NCBI GenBank assembly: GCA_032718475.1
Contig: JAUCBJ010006710.1
Span: forward strand, 4,680 to 68,679
DNA: 64,000 nucleotides
Origin: Nemertoderma westbladi
Taxonomy: Eukaryota > Animalia > Xenacoelomorpha
Direction: 5' to 3'
Positions 1 to 13,410 of the stretch are shown piece after piece. Numbering within the stretch: position 1 is the stretch's first letter; every line of letters begins with the position of its first letter. The translations under genes and the position numbers were made by a program. The notes under the pieces were generated by a model. It was not told where the DNA came from. It worked only from the letters and a program-made list of their open reading frames with translations, and ran no database searches.

Positions 1-787
1 GCACGGACCTTAGCGAGTGTGTAGGCCGTGGGGGATCCGGTTTCACCCAGGCTGTGGCGACATTCGGTGGATGAAACTCTGCAGCCCGATTTGGAAGACT
101 GGTAGCAGGGTAGTCAGACATCCAATTAGATTCGCGGTCTATATTACTTGGGGGAACAGCTGTAGGCCTACTGGCCCAGGCTGATGGTAGGCCAATGGTT
201 ACCGGTACTGGTGCAGGGTCAGAAGGTTTGGAAACCGGTACCCGTACCGGTGCGGAGACTTTTTTAATCTCCACCTTCAACTTATGTTCCAAAGACTTTG
301 TGTATTCTATAAATTGTAACTGCATACTGGATAGTTTATTGCTTAACATTAAGAACTGCGAAGCACTCTCCGCTTCCATAACGTCATCCCCGCCCTCGAC
401 CAAAGAAGGCAGAGACAGTGCATCCAAGGCAGACACCGCAATAGTTGGCAACTTACCAGTTGTTTCGTATTCGCGCAATTTATCATAAATGTCCTGCAGA
501 TGTGCATAGGCAGCCGATCTTTCCGCCGTATCTCGTCTTCCGTTAACTTCTATCTGTATATTTGCAAACAGTAAACCTTTAGAGTGCAGAATTTCTTCTG
601 CTGTAAACCGTTTCATACAAGCATCCAATATTACCGGCTGAGTGCTGGTAGCCATACCTTGAACCAGAACACATAGAACCCGATCCAAAATGGATGTACC
701 ATTATTATTGGCAGTGATCGAAGAAGGCCTATTAGTATAACCGGTAGTGCTGTCATCAGCAGTATCGGTCTGGCTGTCAGACATCAT
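1..787 (-). CDS. 5' part of a non-LTR retrotransposon ORF1 (CR1/L2-group-like), running off the window edge
   Basis: Manual translation from ATG at 787 is open to base 1 (absent from the ORF track because it has no stop): MMSDSQ...KRFTAEEILHSKGLLF...RRDTAERS...LQDIYDKL...LPTIAVSALDALSLP. This resembles the FxxEEIxxAKxLL..RR..DI..LP.F N-terminal pattern of CR1/L2-type ORF1 proteins. Confidence 0.6.
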   Translation of the reverse strand, partial: MMSDSQTDTADDSTTGYTNRPSSITANNNGTSILDRVLCVLVQGMATSTQPVILDACMKRFTAEEILHSKGLLFANIQIEVNGRRDTAERSAAYAHLQDIYDKLREYETTGKLPTIAVSALDALSLPSLVEGGDDVMEAESASQFLMLSNKLSSMQLQFIEYTKSLEHKLKVEIKKVSAPVRVPVSKPSDPAPVPVTIGLPSAWASRPTAVPPSNIDRESNWMSDYPATSLPNRAAEFHPPNVATAWVKPDPPRPTHSLRSV

Positions 788-1032
788 GAGTCAGACAGTG
801 TACAGGTTTGTTTAGTAACTGACATCCAGTAACAGAAATATTTCCTATTATCTACTATAATCTGTGATTGGCTTAATTATGTGGTATACCGGTATTAAAT
901 TATAGGCTCATTATTGTAATTGCCTTACTACATATACCGGTACTAGAATAATTTACATAAGGTCTATTAATTTTATAGGTGTATATACTGTTCCAACTAG
1001 TGCATATACTGTTACTATATCTTTAATTACAG

Positions 1033-1228
1033 TAATTAATTGCTGAATTACAAACTGTGTTTGACTTTATCGGTTTATTTTAATTATTATTGATATAACT
1101 GACTGTTTGAAACTGTGTGTGACTCTGTTTGAACCACAGTTAATTAAACATACCATTGTGAAATTTTACTAATATCAATTGGCAGAAAACTTATAATCCT
1201 AGTATGTCTATTAGACATAATAGTCTAA
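1033..1228 (+). repeat. Left copy of a ~200-bp direct repeat flanking a truncated LINE
   Basis: Near-identical to 2224-2430, with a few substitutions and one ~10-bp indel. Confidence 0.9.
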
Positions 1229-2223
1229 TCATCTACAACTTGCCGCCTATCCTGATAGCGATTGGTTGCTGGGTTGTAATGTACGCAGATGACGTTGCTA
1301 TCACCGCAAACACAATCGAAGATATGCAGGTTGCTCTCGATGCTCTATCGGTATACTGTGATTCCAATATCCTAAATGTAAATACATCCAAAACAAAGGC
1401 GATGAAGTTCCAACGCGGTGGTCATCTGGCGAGATCTGACCAGTTGCATTATATGGGATCCAAAATAGAGTTTGTCAACACATTTAATTACCTTGGTGTC
1501 ACACTCACTACAAAAAACGTATCAAGTGGCCATTTCAAAGAAAAATACAAAAAAGGTAAAGCCTGCTGCATGATGCTATCGACAAAAGTGAAACTAACCT
1601 GCACCAACGCCACCACCGCTAGGAAGCTCTGGCCTGCTATAATTCTCCCTGCTATAACCTATGGGTGCAGCGTGTTTACATCAGACCCCTTGGAAGAACT
1701 CGACCACATCGCTAAAGTAAGGGCGTTCTACTGGAAACTGTGGTGTGGGGTGTCGAAATTTCCCTCCTCTACAGCCATTCTAAGCGCAGTTGACCACGCA
1801 ACGACCACAGGTTGTAATGAGATCAACATTATCAACCTAACGGGTCACCGCCGTCGCGCCGCTGCACGCTTTCTATCTAATGGTTTCCATCACAAATTCT
1901 GCACGAGCAAGTGTTGGCGTCCTACACCCGATTGCGTCTGCTCTCTGTGTGCCAAGCAGTGCACAGACAAACATCACTTTAACAAGTGCTGCAAAGTACC
2001 ACGTCTGGACTGCGAGATCCGCTATGCTCTCTACCTAAATGACCTACCTTAATTTTTAATTAATATAAATCCTTTTATCTGGTTATGTGCCTTTCTTTCT
2101 TTTTTATCTAATACTAATACAATACATCGTTCTCTACTTTTACTGTAAGTGCAACTAAAATTATATTCTTTAATTCTTCATAATTTTTCCATGTGGAAAA
2201 TATAGGCCCCATTTGATTAATAA
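1229..2223 (+). mobile_element. 5'-truncated LINE: RT C-terminal half, Cys-rich tail and 3' UTR
   Basis: ORF to 2052 has MYADD, VNTSKTKAMKFQRGG, FNYLGV and a Cys/His-rich end. The 3' UTR ends in a TAA-rich tail. Homologous to 7300-8112. Confidence 0.85.
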
Positions 2224-2430
2224 TAATTAATTACTGAATTACAAACTGTGTTTGACTTTATCGGTTTATTTTAATTATTATTGATATAACTGACTGTTTG
2301 AAACTGTGTGTGACTCTGTTTGAACCACAGTTAATTAAACATACTATTGTGGATTGTTACTAATATCAATTGGCAGATTATTAGCAGAAAAGTTATAATC
2401 CTAGTATGTCTATTAGACATAATAGTCTAA
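2224..2430 (+). repeat. Right copy of the ~200-bp direct repeat
   Basis: Matches 1033-1228. Confidence 0.9.
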
Positions 2431-3400
2431 CCTAAATAAAGTCTAAACCTTGACTAACATTAATCTTAATCTTTCTGACAGCGTCTTAGACCAAACCGCT
2501 GGTGACCTCTACAATAGTGTGGACAGTAGGAAGGAGGAGCCAGTTAACTTCTCCCCCTCTATGGTAAGAAAGTCTCCTTGAACAAAGGAGATTAAGATCA
2601 AAGATCCAAGGCTGATGGAGGGCCATTGGTCAGTCATGTACTAACTAGGGCACAGGTCATTTGGACTAAACTCTGTACATGAAGCCGTTTTTGACAAATT
2701 TGGGTTAAATGTAATCAATCCTGACTCTTAGAATGCAATCAAGAAAAATTTATTGAATTAAAATCTTAATTACTAATTGCATAATTTATTGTCTAGGAAA
2801 TTGTTACCGAAATATTTTTTTATTTAACACCCTAAAGAAGATAAAAATAATTCATCGAAACCTAGTGCAATAGTAGATTCTATATTTTTTTTATCAATAT
2901 AACTTTGTTGTCGATCTCGTTTATATTAAATTTTTTAACAACTCTTTACACCCCTTTACACATTATATAAATATATCTGGAGCAATTTTTGAAATCGAAA
3001 TCATTATTTATTATTATTATTCATTATTATCTTAATGGGAGTTTTCCTTCTAATACACTAATTGCTTAGTGTCATTCCTCCAAATTTTGTAAAAAATAAG
3101 GAAAAGGAAAAGGACCTTGCTCGATGCGCTGGCATTGTGCATAAATACAAGGGTCATAGTCTACTTTTGATTTAATGATTAAATATTACATTTTATTTTT
3201 TTTTATTTTAGACGTCACTGGTTTATTAATAAATCTTACTTTTTTTGTAACAATGACGTTGGCTTTTTTGTGGTTACCGGTTGTGGTCATACAGGATGCG
3301 GTTGGCAGAGGCGCGGATGTCCTGCTATACTATCACATAATGGAGGCGGTGGAAATTGGAATCGTAAGTTACATATAAATTTACTATGTTTATAGACATA

Positions 3401-3790
3401 GACAGTGCCTAACAGTGTCTAAGGTTGGTAGACAATAGCCTAACAGTGTCTAATGTAGGTAGACAGTGCCTAGCAGTGTCTAAGGTAGGTAGACAATAGC
3501 CTAACAGTGTCAAATGTAGGTAGATAGTGCCTAGTAGTGCCTAATGTAGGTAGACAGTGCCTAACAGTGTCTAATGTAGGTAGACAGTGCTAACAGCTCA
3601 CAGCTAACTGCTAAAAGCTAACTGCTAACAGTTACCTGCTAACAGGTAACAGCTAACTGCTTACAGCTAACAGCTAACTGCTAACAGCTAACTGCTAACA
3701 CCTAACTGATAACAGCTAACTGCTAACTGTTAATAGCTAACTGCTAACAGCTAACTGCTAACAGCTAACTGCTAACAGTGTCTAACGTAT
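3401..3790. repeat. Compound minisatellite: ~30-bp units followed by a 7-bp (CTAACAG/CTAACTG)n array
   Basis: GACAGTGCCTAACAGTGTCTAATGTAGGTA-like units occur about six times, then CTAACWG repeats. Confidence 0.9.
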
Positions 3791-4356
3791 GTAGACGGAT
3801 AGTTGGGTTAAAGAGGACAGTTACCGAAAGCTAACAAAAGCTACTGAAAGTTATGCAAAAGCTATCGAAAAGGTTAAAGTATGGGTTAAAGCTATCCATT
3901 CACTAATAGGGTGTACATTTCGCACTTTCAGGGTTTGATAGTTATTCATAAACAAAAACGATACGAGCTATAATTCAAATAATTGCCCTTTAATTCCAAA
4001 TATCCCTTCGCGAAATATAATTTCACTGACACAGTAAGGGGTAAACTGGTAAATGTACAGTGCTAGGCTTGTTCATTAGGGCTTACCTTTATTCCGTTAC
4101 TTGGCCAGTAGCCAGTACAGCAGTAGCTGAGTAGGCTACTGCGGTCCCTTCTGCTACCATCAGACCAGCTACCGTCTGACTCCATGGCAGCGCATTACAG
4201 CATTGAGGATGGCCTATACATTTCATTGATTTCATTTTTATCACCAGTCACACATTATGACATCAGAGTCAGAAATAACCGAAACAACTGACAACTTAAA
4301 GTCTGAATGTTCATATTATTAATTAACTGCTGTAATTTTAAATTGAGTAAACTATA

Positions 4357-5244
4357 ATGGCGGAAGAGTTCATCCGATTGCAGAGAGAAGCACTAGGAAT
4401 AGTACGAGAAATAAAACAAAAGAGGAGCACCTCAAACGAAGAGGAAAAACAACTTACTGACTGCCTACTGATGATGACAGCAATGAACACAATCGTTTTA
4501 GATAAACTCGCAACATCCCACGAAGAATCCATTGTATCAAAGAATGAACTCCTGAAACGCATAACTGAAACGGAACCAGTAGCACAACCGACCCACCTCG
4601 AATCCCACTCCCACCCTCACCCTCAACCAGCTGCCGCTGCCACTGGTTCTTACGCGGGCGTGGCGGGAGGGGGGCCCGGGACCACTGCGGCCACTGGTAC
4701 GGGGCAGCTTGGTTATATACAGCCGCAGCGTCTGAACCTAATACAGGAAAGGGGGGATAATAACTCTGGAGGCAACTACTGAAATCCAAATACTGGTACC
4801 GGTAGTACATCAACGCAGACAAACCACGCGATTACGCTGACTCGGGGTGATCGAGTAGGCAGCCCGCTACGCGTCGCCCAGCCACACAAAGCAACGACTA
4901 CTTCGCAGAAACAAATGGCACATATTCATATTGGGCGACTAGATCCCAGTGTAACAGAAGAGGATATCTCGGACTTCCTAAATAGTGAAAATCAGAAATT
5001 CACAGCAGGCAGGACTCCCCATACAGGAGCTTTCAACTTACATGCGACCAGGAGAATCGGAGTTCCCTCATGGACCCCGGTCTGTGGGAGGTCGGAATTT
5101 CAATCAGAAATTACAAACTGTGTGACGACGAGCGAGAATCTCTGGGTCTACGACGACGGTTCCCACGAACCTACGAACCGCAATCAAACGAGCCGGCTGA
5201 AACAAACACGGCCCCAGGTCATGATTGACATGGGGCACCTGTAA
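4357..5244 (+). pseudogene. Disrupted LINE ORF1 (coiled coil plus RRM-like segment)
   Basis: HIHIGRLDPSVTEEDISDFL RRM-like motif, directly upstream of an APE-RT ORF2; broken into several frames. Confidence 0.6.
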
Positions 5245-5426
5245 CTCTAAATAAACAAACTATTCTTTGTACAGGATGTAGCAAACCCTATTGATACATG
5301 ACAAGTTTACGTAAACACGAGAAACATTGTTTACGCTCTCAAATTGTAAACAATCTACAACTAATGAGTGAGTTACCATTTCCCATTGACAATATGTAAC
5401 GAGCTAGAGGTCCCAACATACTTACA

Positions 5427-8112
5427 GTGGTGGGTTGGAATGTTGAAGGTGCCAATACTACAATGGAGACAACCATAGATGATACATTTACTTCAACGGA
5501 TATTCTGTTACTAACTGAAACTTTCAACAGCGACTTAACGATTCCGGGTTTCTCCTACGGAAATATCCCTTCTAGTAAAGGGGAGCAGGGTCGCCCATTT
5601 CGCGGTATTACTGTGGCGGTTAATATGAGACATGGAACTACGCACAACGTCATCTATAAATGTGAATCTGTACTGGCAACGCTATTCGCGGAATTTGTTT
5701 TTGTATCCAGTTACTTCAAACCAAACACAGATGTAACAGACATACTACTAGACCTGATAAATATACCATAAACGTGATAAGATCTACAATGAACTCTCCT
5801 ATTATAATGATTGGGGATTTCAACTGCCACCTCGATACTGGCGAACGTGCAAGCTTACTATGCGATGGTCTTCGATCGGCTGGGTTATATTGTATAACTG
5901 ACCCGACAGTTCCAACTTACTACAGTTGGAATGGCAGTAGCGTGATCGATCTCGTGTTTGTAGAGCAACAAGTTATAGACTCGGCTACATTAAACGTAAA
6001 ACCAACATTAAACACTAAACACCAGCGTATTATAATGGAACTCTCCATGAGTGATATTACATAACGCCGATAAAGAACTCCAGCAGTCAGACACATAGAT
6101 GCCGATATACTTGGATCTATTCTCAATCCGGCTGAATTCCAAGATGTGCTTAATGATGGCGTCGACTCCGCGTGCAATTACATAACATCGCCAATCAACC
6201 AATCAGCAATGAGACCCAAACATCGGACAGCAAAACCCTGGTTCGACCGGGAGTGCTACCTAGCAAAGGAGGATATTACAAATAAATTTGAAACGGTTCG
6301 TATCAATTCCACTGTTGAATCAAGCGAGCTTTATACAATTAGCATACGAAATTACAAATATCTACTAATACGCAAAAAGAAGATGTACGAGGAAAGAAAG
6401 GAAATTTAACTAATTGAACGCAGTGAGGAGGATAAATCTAATTTCTGGAATATACTAAAAGGCAAACGATCAACCCGTAGCGCAACAGGTCTCTGAGGAA
6501 TCCTGGTCATCCAACTTCACGAAGCTACTCGCTTCAGATACTCGTCCACAGCTGCCAACAATCCCCAAACAGCCAGTCGATGCGTTAGATAAACCAATTG
6601 ACCCTGCCGAGATCACGGAGGCAGTCTACAAACAGAAACAGCATTAAGCTGCGGGCCCAGATGGTGTCGCAGGGGAATCATTAAAGCTCGGTTTCGGTCA
6701 CTTACTCCCGCACCTATTAAGTATATTTAGTATATGTTTTGCCGCAGCTACGTGTCCCACTGCATGGCTCAAGTCATACTTAATACCATTGTACAAAGGG
6801 AAGGGAAGTAAGTCCTCACCTGACTGTTACCGCGGGATTGCGTTACTCTCGTGTTTACTAAAAACCTACACGTCAATCTTAGCAACAAGACTGTACAACT
6901 GGGCGGAGCGCAGCAGAGCGTTCCCTGGCACTCAATACAGGTTCAGGAAGTCGCGATCTACGATAGATGCCGTTAGATGTTTATATAACCGTATTAACAT
7001 CGCTATACAACCAGCAGGCGGGCACATTTATTGCGTCTTTGTAGACTTCCGCTTTCAGCATGTTTTGACTCAATAAACCGCGAGATACTCTGCATGAAAC
7101 TATCGAATGTGGGATTGAGCTGAAAGTTTATCAGCGCGATTTGGGCCTTGATCTCGATAAACTTCGTGTGCATCTGCGTAGGAGTGCATGTGTTGGAACC
7201 AATCGCTCAAACAGTTGGAGTAGTCCAAGGCAACAAACTCTCCCCACTATTATTTAGTCTCTTCGTGGCAGACCTTCCCGTATACATTGTATTTGCTACT
7301 ATCTGGGTGATAATGTATGCCGACGACCAAGTATTTGTCGGAGACTCGATTGCAGATGTGCAATCTAGTTTGAATAAACTCACTGATTATTGTAAACTTA
7401 ATTAACTCGAAGTCAATATCACAAAGACTAAAGGCGTTAAGTTTCGCCGTGGAGGAAGATTGGCACGCACTGATGTTCTGGAATACAACGGGCAAGTATT
7501 GGAATTCCAGAACTGTTTTCAATACTTCTATCAAGTATCTATCGAGTTTTCATATCAACCAAAAATGGGGCTTGCGGGCATTACGGTCACATGTATTCGA
7601 AAGGCATATCAAGTTGTGTATTAATTGCTACAAAAGTTAATCTTCGTATAGTATCCCAACAATCGGCACAACGTTTATGGCAATCAATTGTCCTTCCATC
7701 GACAACATACGGGTGCAGTATTTTCACGAGTAGCGACATTACACAACTGGACCATGTGCAACGGGTGCGAGCGTTCTACTGGAAGTTATGGTGCAGAATC
7801 ACCAAGTTTGCCTCGTCTACTGCAATCCTCCACAGCATTGACCATCCAGGCGCGTCCGACATAGACGTTACTGGACTCTCCGGTTTACGCCACCGCTATG
7901 CCGCTCAGCTGATATCAAATGGATACCACCATCACATCTGCACCAATCCCAGTTGTTGGAGGCCAGCTGATTGCTGTGAATGCTGGATGTGTGGTGGCTC
8001 AGCAACCACCAAACAACATTACCTGGAATGCCAGGCTATCCCCCTTTGCAGATCCCGCCTACGAACACCAATTTGGCTGATGACCACTGATCGACCCCAA
8101 ATGCGCAGTTAA
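5427..8112 (+). pseudogene. Degenerate LINE ORF2 (APE endonuclease, reverse transcriptase, Cys-rich C terminus)
   Basis: Motifs in order: GWNVEG, LTETF, IGDFNC, SVIDLVF, PWFD, GPDG, YRGIALLS, FVDF, QGNKLSPLLF, YADD. Many stops and frameshifts. Clade not resolved. Confidence 0.9.
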
Positions 8113-8613
8113 TACGTCAAATTTTAATCGTTTACGGAATATCCTTTTTTACATAAGTTACGGAACTAATTACATTTTATCTAATTATATGGTCACATTA
8201 TTGTTTTAATTTAATTTTAACTAGTATCTCAGTTGTTCCATATGTATGGATTATAAATATTAACAATCATTTCATTGATTTCAAACTCTTATAATAATTT
8301 TAAAGTGCTATTCGATTCCGATACTGATAACAGCGATAGTACAACCTGCACGCCTCACCTTAACACTGCACCGTCCCTTGATTACCAGTACTCAGTTTGT
8401 ACTGTAAGCCATCCTCTAGTCAATAATGCAGCAATGCACCACCCCGCGGAATGAAGGTAGCTGTCTGCCCACCAGTCAGCCAGTATGTCAGACATCCATT
8501 ACTGCTTCACAAGTAGCTTAGCCTATCACTGTACTAAAACTACTATACTACAATTAATATATAATGTACATATAGTATGTAATGCAGTATTATAATGTTT
8601 TATATGTTTTATA

Positions 8614-8935
8614 TGCACGAGCAAGTGTTGGCGTCCTACACCCGATTGCGTCTGCTCTCTGTGTACCAAGCAGTGCACAGACAAACATCACTTCAACAAG
8701 TGCTGCAAACTACCACGTCTCGACTGCGAGATCCGCTGTGCTCTCTACCTAAATGACCTACCTTAATTTTTAATTAATATAAATCCTTTTATCCGGTTAT
8801 GTGCCTTTCTTTCTTTTTTATCTAATACTAATACAATACATCGTTCTCTACTTTTACTGTAAGTGCAACTAAAATTATATTATTTAATTCTTCATAACTT
8901 TTCCATGTGGAAAATATACGCCCCATTTTGATTCA
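8614..8935 (+). mobile_element. ~320-bp 5'-truncated copy of the LINE at 1229-2223
   Basis: Near-identical to 1900-2218. Flanked by ATGTTTTATATG at 8604-8615 and 8936-8947 (probable TSD). Confidence 0.85.
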
Positions 8936-10254
8936 ATGTTTTATATGTACAATAAAACATATAAAACTACTGTACTGTATCAGTGAATGTATATTTTGCC
9001 AAGGTTTATTTGAAATTAAACCGCAATTATTTGAATTAGACTCCGTATCTTTTTTGTTTAAGAATGATGTTAGACGCTGAAAGTGCGAAATGTGCCCATT
9101 ATTAACGAAATGCAATATAGGTCTAGTTAGGTGTTTGCATTAAAAGCCAAATAAATTTTTTCAACTGCGCAAAAGTGTTTGTCCATGATCCCCATGAAAT
9201 TCCTGACATCAAGAGCTTTTAGAATATATTTTGGTTTACTATATTCTGGAGAAAAAATTTTTTGGAAAAATTTACACCCGTTTTGGCCAATTTTAGTGAG
9301 AATGGGCCTATTGGATATAATTTTACGTCTTATATTATAGCGCGAGGAGGGGGAGTTCTGTGCTACTTCAAACATTTTGGTTGTTTGAATTCGCATTATT
9401 TTTACTCATTATATTTATTGTTATTATTTTTGTTGTTTATATTTTTACAATTATAATTCTTACTATTACTATTTTTAGTTATATATTATACGGCAGTTTA
9501 CAGACAGACCACAATTATTGCAGTTCGACAAATCAGCTAGTATGACTGTGTATGTACAATGTAGCATTAAACTATGTACATAAATTACATGGTTAAATTG
9601 CCATAATTGCACAACAAACACAAGTGTGTTCACCACTGACAGTATTGTAGTACTTTAGTACCAGATTGTGGGAGCTCGGATTTCCGCAGCCCATCGCCAA
9701 TAATGGTGAGCGCCCTCCATGGCCGTCGCCCACCTCGCAGGCATAATGAGTTCGAGAGAAGGAGCGCGAATTTAGTAGCAAAAAACCAGTTATATCATCA
9801 CAAAATAATATAATAGTAGGCCTACATGTATTAATACAGTTAATTAATTATTATAACTTCAATATTTTTTTTTAGGTGGACCAAAACAGAGTAAATTCTT
9901 TGTGATTTACTTTGAATATAACTGAAACGGCAATAAGAACATGATTTCGGGAATTTGATATGAAATGAGACAATAATTATTTACCGCAAATCATTTCCCA
10001 AAATACTGTAATTACGTAGTAACGAAATTTACTGTAGTAAAATTGTTAAATTAATAGTAAATATTTTTTTTTCTGCGTGCATCTATTTTAATTTATTTAA
10101 AAGAACCTATACATACACACAGTAAATATAAATTTCTTCATATATGTTATGTATACATGTAAGCTGTCTTGAATTAAAACCATTTTAAGGGAAGGATGTT
10201 ACAAAATGTTACAGATCATTCTCCAAAGTAAAGTTCAGTTCGTATGACTTTACA

Positions 10255-11050
10255 AAACTCGGGGAAACAAATCTAATTGGCTGGATTGGTTTCTACTGCG
10301 TATAACAACAACAAACATCCAATCAAGGATATCTATTATTTAGAAGATCAGATTGGGACTGCTGTTTCCTTAGAAATCTTAAATCGAATCGGTATAAATA
10401 TAATGTAAAATTTAAAAAAGATTCGACTTAGTAGACATATTATAGATTGGAGTTGAACTACAGTAGCTCTCTCTCTCGGGGCAAATACCACACCCTGGTT
10501 TGCCGTTCCACAGGGTGGGTGTCGCAGTGGAGTCAGATATGAGGCCCATCGCCCATACCTACTCTGGCGCACATGACCCACCATTGGCTGTGCAGCTCAT
10601 CTGCTGGGCCATCCGTTATACCCCTGCTGCCAGGTGCAGGTCGCAGTGAAGTGCTCTCAGAGTGGACATGAGAACACTCTACTCCTGACCAGCCATTGGT
10701 AGATTAACATCTGCCTGGACATGCCATATACTCCTGCAGCCAAGAATATGGGTCCTTAATCCAGGACCAAGGGCGTCCTTATCCCAGAACGAAGGGGGTC
10801 CTAGTTACAGGACCAGATTTGCCCTAGTAAGAGGGTCTATACAGCCACAGGTAGCACCTCCTTTATGCTGCATGGAGGTGGCAAGTTTTCTTGATCAATG
10901 ACCTAGAATACCTGACCTGACCCGTGTTACCATAGCGACCCATGTATCATCCGAGTTGAACAGTAACTTATTTATCTTCCTTTTGATTTCTTTGATTGGA
11001 TGATTGTTGTTATAGAAACCACTATACCCAGTCAGATTTGTTTCCGAGTT
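10255..11050. repeat. Imperfect ~80-bp inverted repeats, possibly an old non-autonomous DNA transposon
   Basis: ACTCGGGGAAACAAATCT...ATAACAACAA...CATCCAATCAA near 10257-10325 versus TTGATTGGATG..TTGTTGTTAT...AGATTTGTTTCCGAGT near 10992-11048. Confidence 0.4.
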
Positions 11051-11816
11051 TTTCCGAGTCGTTTGACCGAGTTTGAAAAGGTAGGAGAAACAAAAAAATT
11101 ACAAGACAGTCCGCTCAGGGACACCATAATGGTATACACTTCACCGGCTTAATTGACTCCACTAAAAACATGTATAAATGAATGTATTGGTTAGTTACGT
11201 ATTGTTTGTGCTGTGCATGCATGTATCATACTTTATAATTATGGAGAAATATGGAGTTTTATTTTAGTCTGGTGCAGGATAAATAAATGTCATATGTATG
11301 TAGTCAATTTAACTTTTCCTTTTATGTGGTATTCGATTTGCAACATCAATTTTTTATTGCTATTTTTCATAGAATGTGTCAATAAATGGTGCAGTTAAAA
11401 TTTATTTAACACACTACAAAAAATAGTATGTAAAAATTTGAAAGTGAGAAAGGCGATAATGAAAGTGCCGTAGAGCATATCTCAGTCAATAAAATAATAT
11501 TTAAAAGAGAATAAATAGCATCAGGCCACAAACCGCTCTAAATTCAAAAGTTTTTCGTGTTGAAGATAAACATATACTGTATAAGTTTCTGTGCCTAAAA
11601 CAACTAGTAGGCCAAGTTAGGTAAGCACTTTAAATTTTTAAAATGGTAATATATTGGTTTCAACCTGTGTGTAATCTATAGATAGGCCTATTGTGTATTT
11701 TGAAGATATCTGCCGTAAAAATATATCTTTGGTGGGTTGTTTATTTATTTTAATTACTTTATATTTTTGTGCGTAAAAATTATTATTGTCTAAGATATTG
11801 GCAAACAAGTTAATTA

Positions 11817-12699
11817 CACCATAACCCTTAATACAACAACAATATTTAGGGGGTCGGAGCCCTCCCCCCCCCCCCCCCCCCCCCTCTATTTTTTTCAAAT
11901 TTCAATAAAATGCTACGAAATTCGGTACGATGATAGAACGACACCTTTTCTTACTGGTGGCCTGGCCGGATTTTTTAATTTATGAGCTATTTCGATACAA
12001 CAAGCCGTTAAAAAACGTCTATTTCGCAATATTTAGCCACCTCCGTCGGCTTTACTTTTCGTCTTTGGAACGAAATCTAGATATCATCATATCCGCCTTC
12101 ATCTGGAGATTCTGAATCTGAAACCCGCTGTAAATTTCACCAAGAACTTCCGGAGATATTATCAAAAAACTAAGGTGTAAATTTTGTGACATAAATCGTA
12201 TAATTCTAATGTGTCTTTTACTCAATTATAGAATATTAATTATGGGTAATGAAAATACAAGATAGATGTAGAGTTTTAAACGCTGAGCTACATAATAATT
12301 AATATTCTAGAATAAAGACAACAAAACATCAGAATTGTAGCGATTTACGTCTCTAAATTTACACATTAGTATTTTGATAATATCTTAACCGTTTTTTTTT
12401 AAACGGTTTTCAGATTCGGAATCTCCAGACGAAGGCGCTTCGAATGATATCTAGATTACATTTCAAAGACGTAAGATAAAGTATACGGAGGTGGTTAAAC
12501 ATTGCTAAATAGACATTTTTTAAGGGATTGTTGTATGGAAATAACTGATAAATTGAAAAATCCGGCCTGGCCACCAGTACGAAAAGGTGTCGATCTATCA
12601 TCATACCAAATTTCTTAACATTTTCTTGAAATTTGAAAAAAATTAGGGGGGGGGGGCTTCGACCCCCTAAAAGTGGTTGTTGTATTAAGGGTTATGGTG
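11817..12699. mobile_element. Foldback MITE with long TIRs and TA flanks (Tc1/mariner-type target)
   Basis: TA|CACCATAACCCTTAATACAAC ... GTTGTATTAAGGGTTATGGTG|TA. The arms stay complementary over several hundred bp (the spurious ORFs 11930+ and 12604- are homologous). Confidence 0.8.
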
Positions 12700-12886
12700 T
12701 AATAAATTTGGTCTAATTGTTATACTCTATTTAATGATTCTCCGTTAAATATTCATAAAGAAGGCCCCCAATATCTCGTCCATCGTTTGAGAGAGGGGGG
12801 GGTGGGCATTATTGTCAAATAAACAGGTTGTTCAGCTTGAATAGAGAATATTGCCTGTTATATAAAACGCCGGATAAATATGAGGG

Positions 12887-13410
12887 TTGGGGTGTGTGTG
12901 GGGGTGTTTAGGTGTGTGTGTGGTTGCCCAGCTGTTTACTGGTCAACCGCACACACACACTACTGCACTAAGTGCTCCAAAGAGGCCAACCATTCATTGG
13001 TTCGATTTTGACATTTTACTATTTTTATTAGTAGGGGGGAATTTGAAATTTGATAAAATTCTATCGACCTATTGTTGATACTGCGGTTCTGGTATTGGTT
13101 TTATATAACGAGAAATCGGAATAACAAAAAAAAATACAGTATTAATGTAGTAGCTGCGGGGTAGACACCGGTACGAAATCTGGTACGAATGCAGTAGATT
13201 TCGATACTGCAATATAAAACCAATACCAGAACCGCATAGGTCGATGGAATTTCATTAAATTTAAAATTTCCCCATACTAATTACAATAATAAAATGTAAA
13301 CTCGAATCAATGAATGGTTGGCCTCTTTGGAGCACTTAGTGCAGGGGTGTGTGTGAGTGGTTTACCAGTGAACAACTGGACAACCACACACACCCTAGAC
13401 ACCTACACAA
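12887..13410. repeat. ~200-bp imperfect inverted repeat with ~100-bp spacer
   Basis: TGCACTAAGTGCTCCAAAGAGGCCAACCATTCATTG at ~12964 versus its reverse complement at ~13308-13343; complementarity extends on both sides. Confidence 0.8.
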
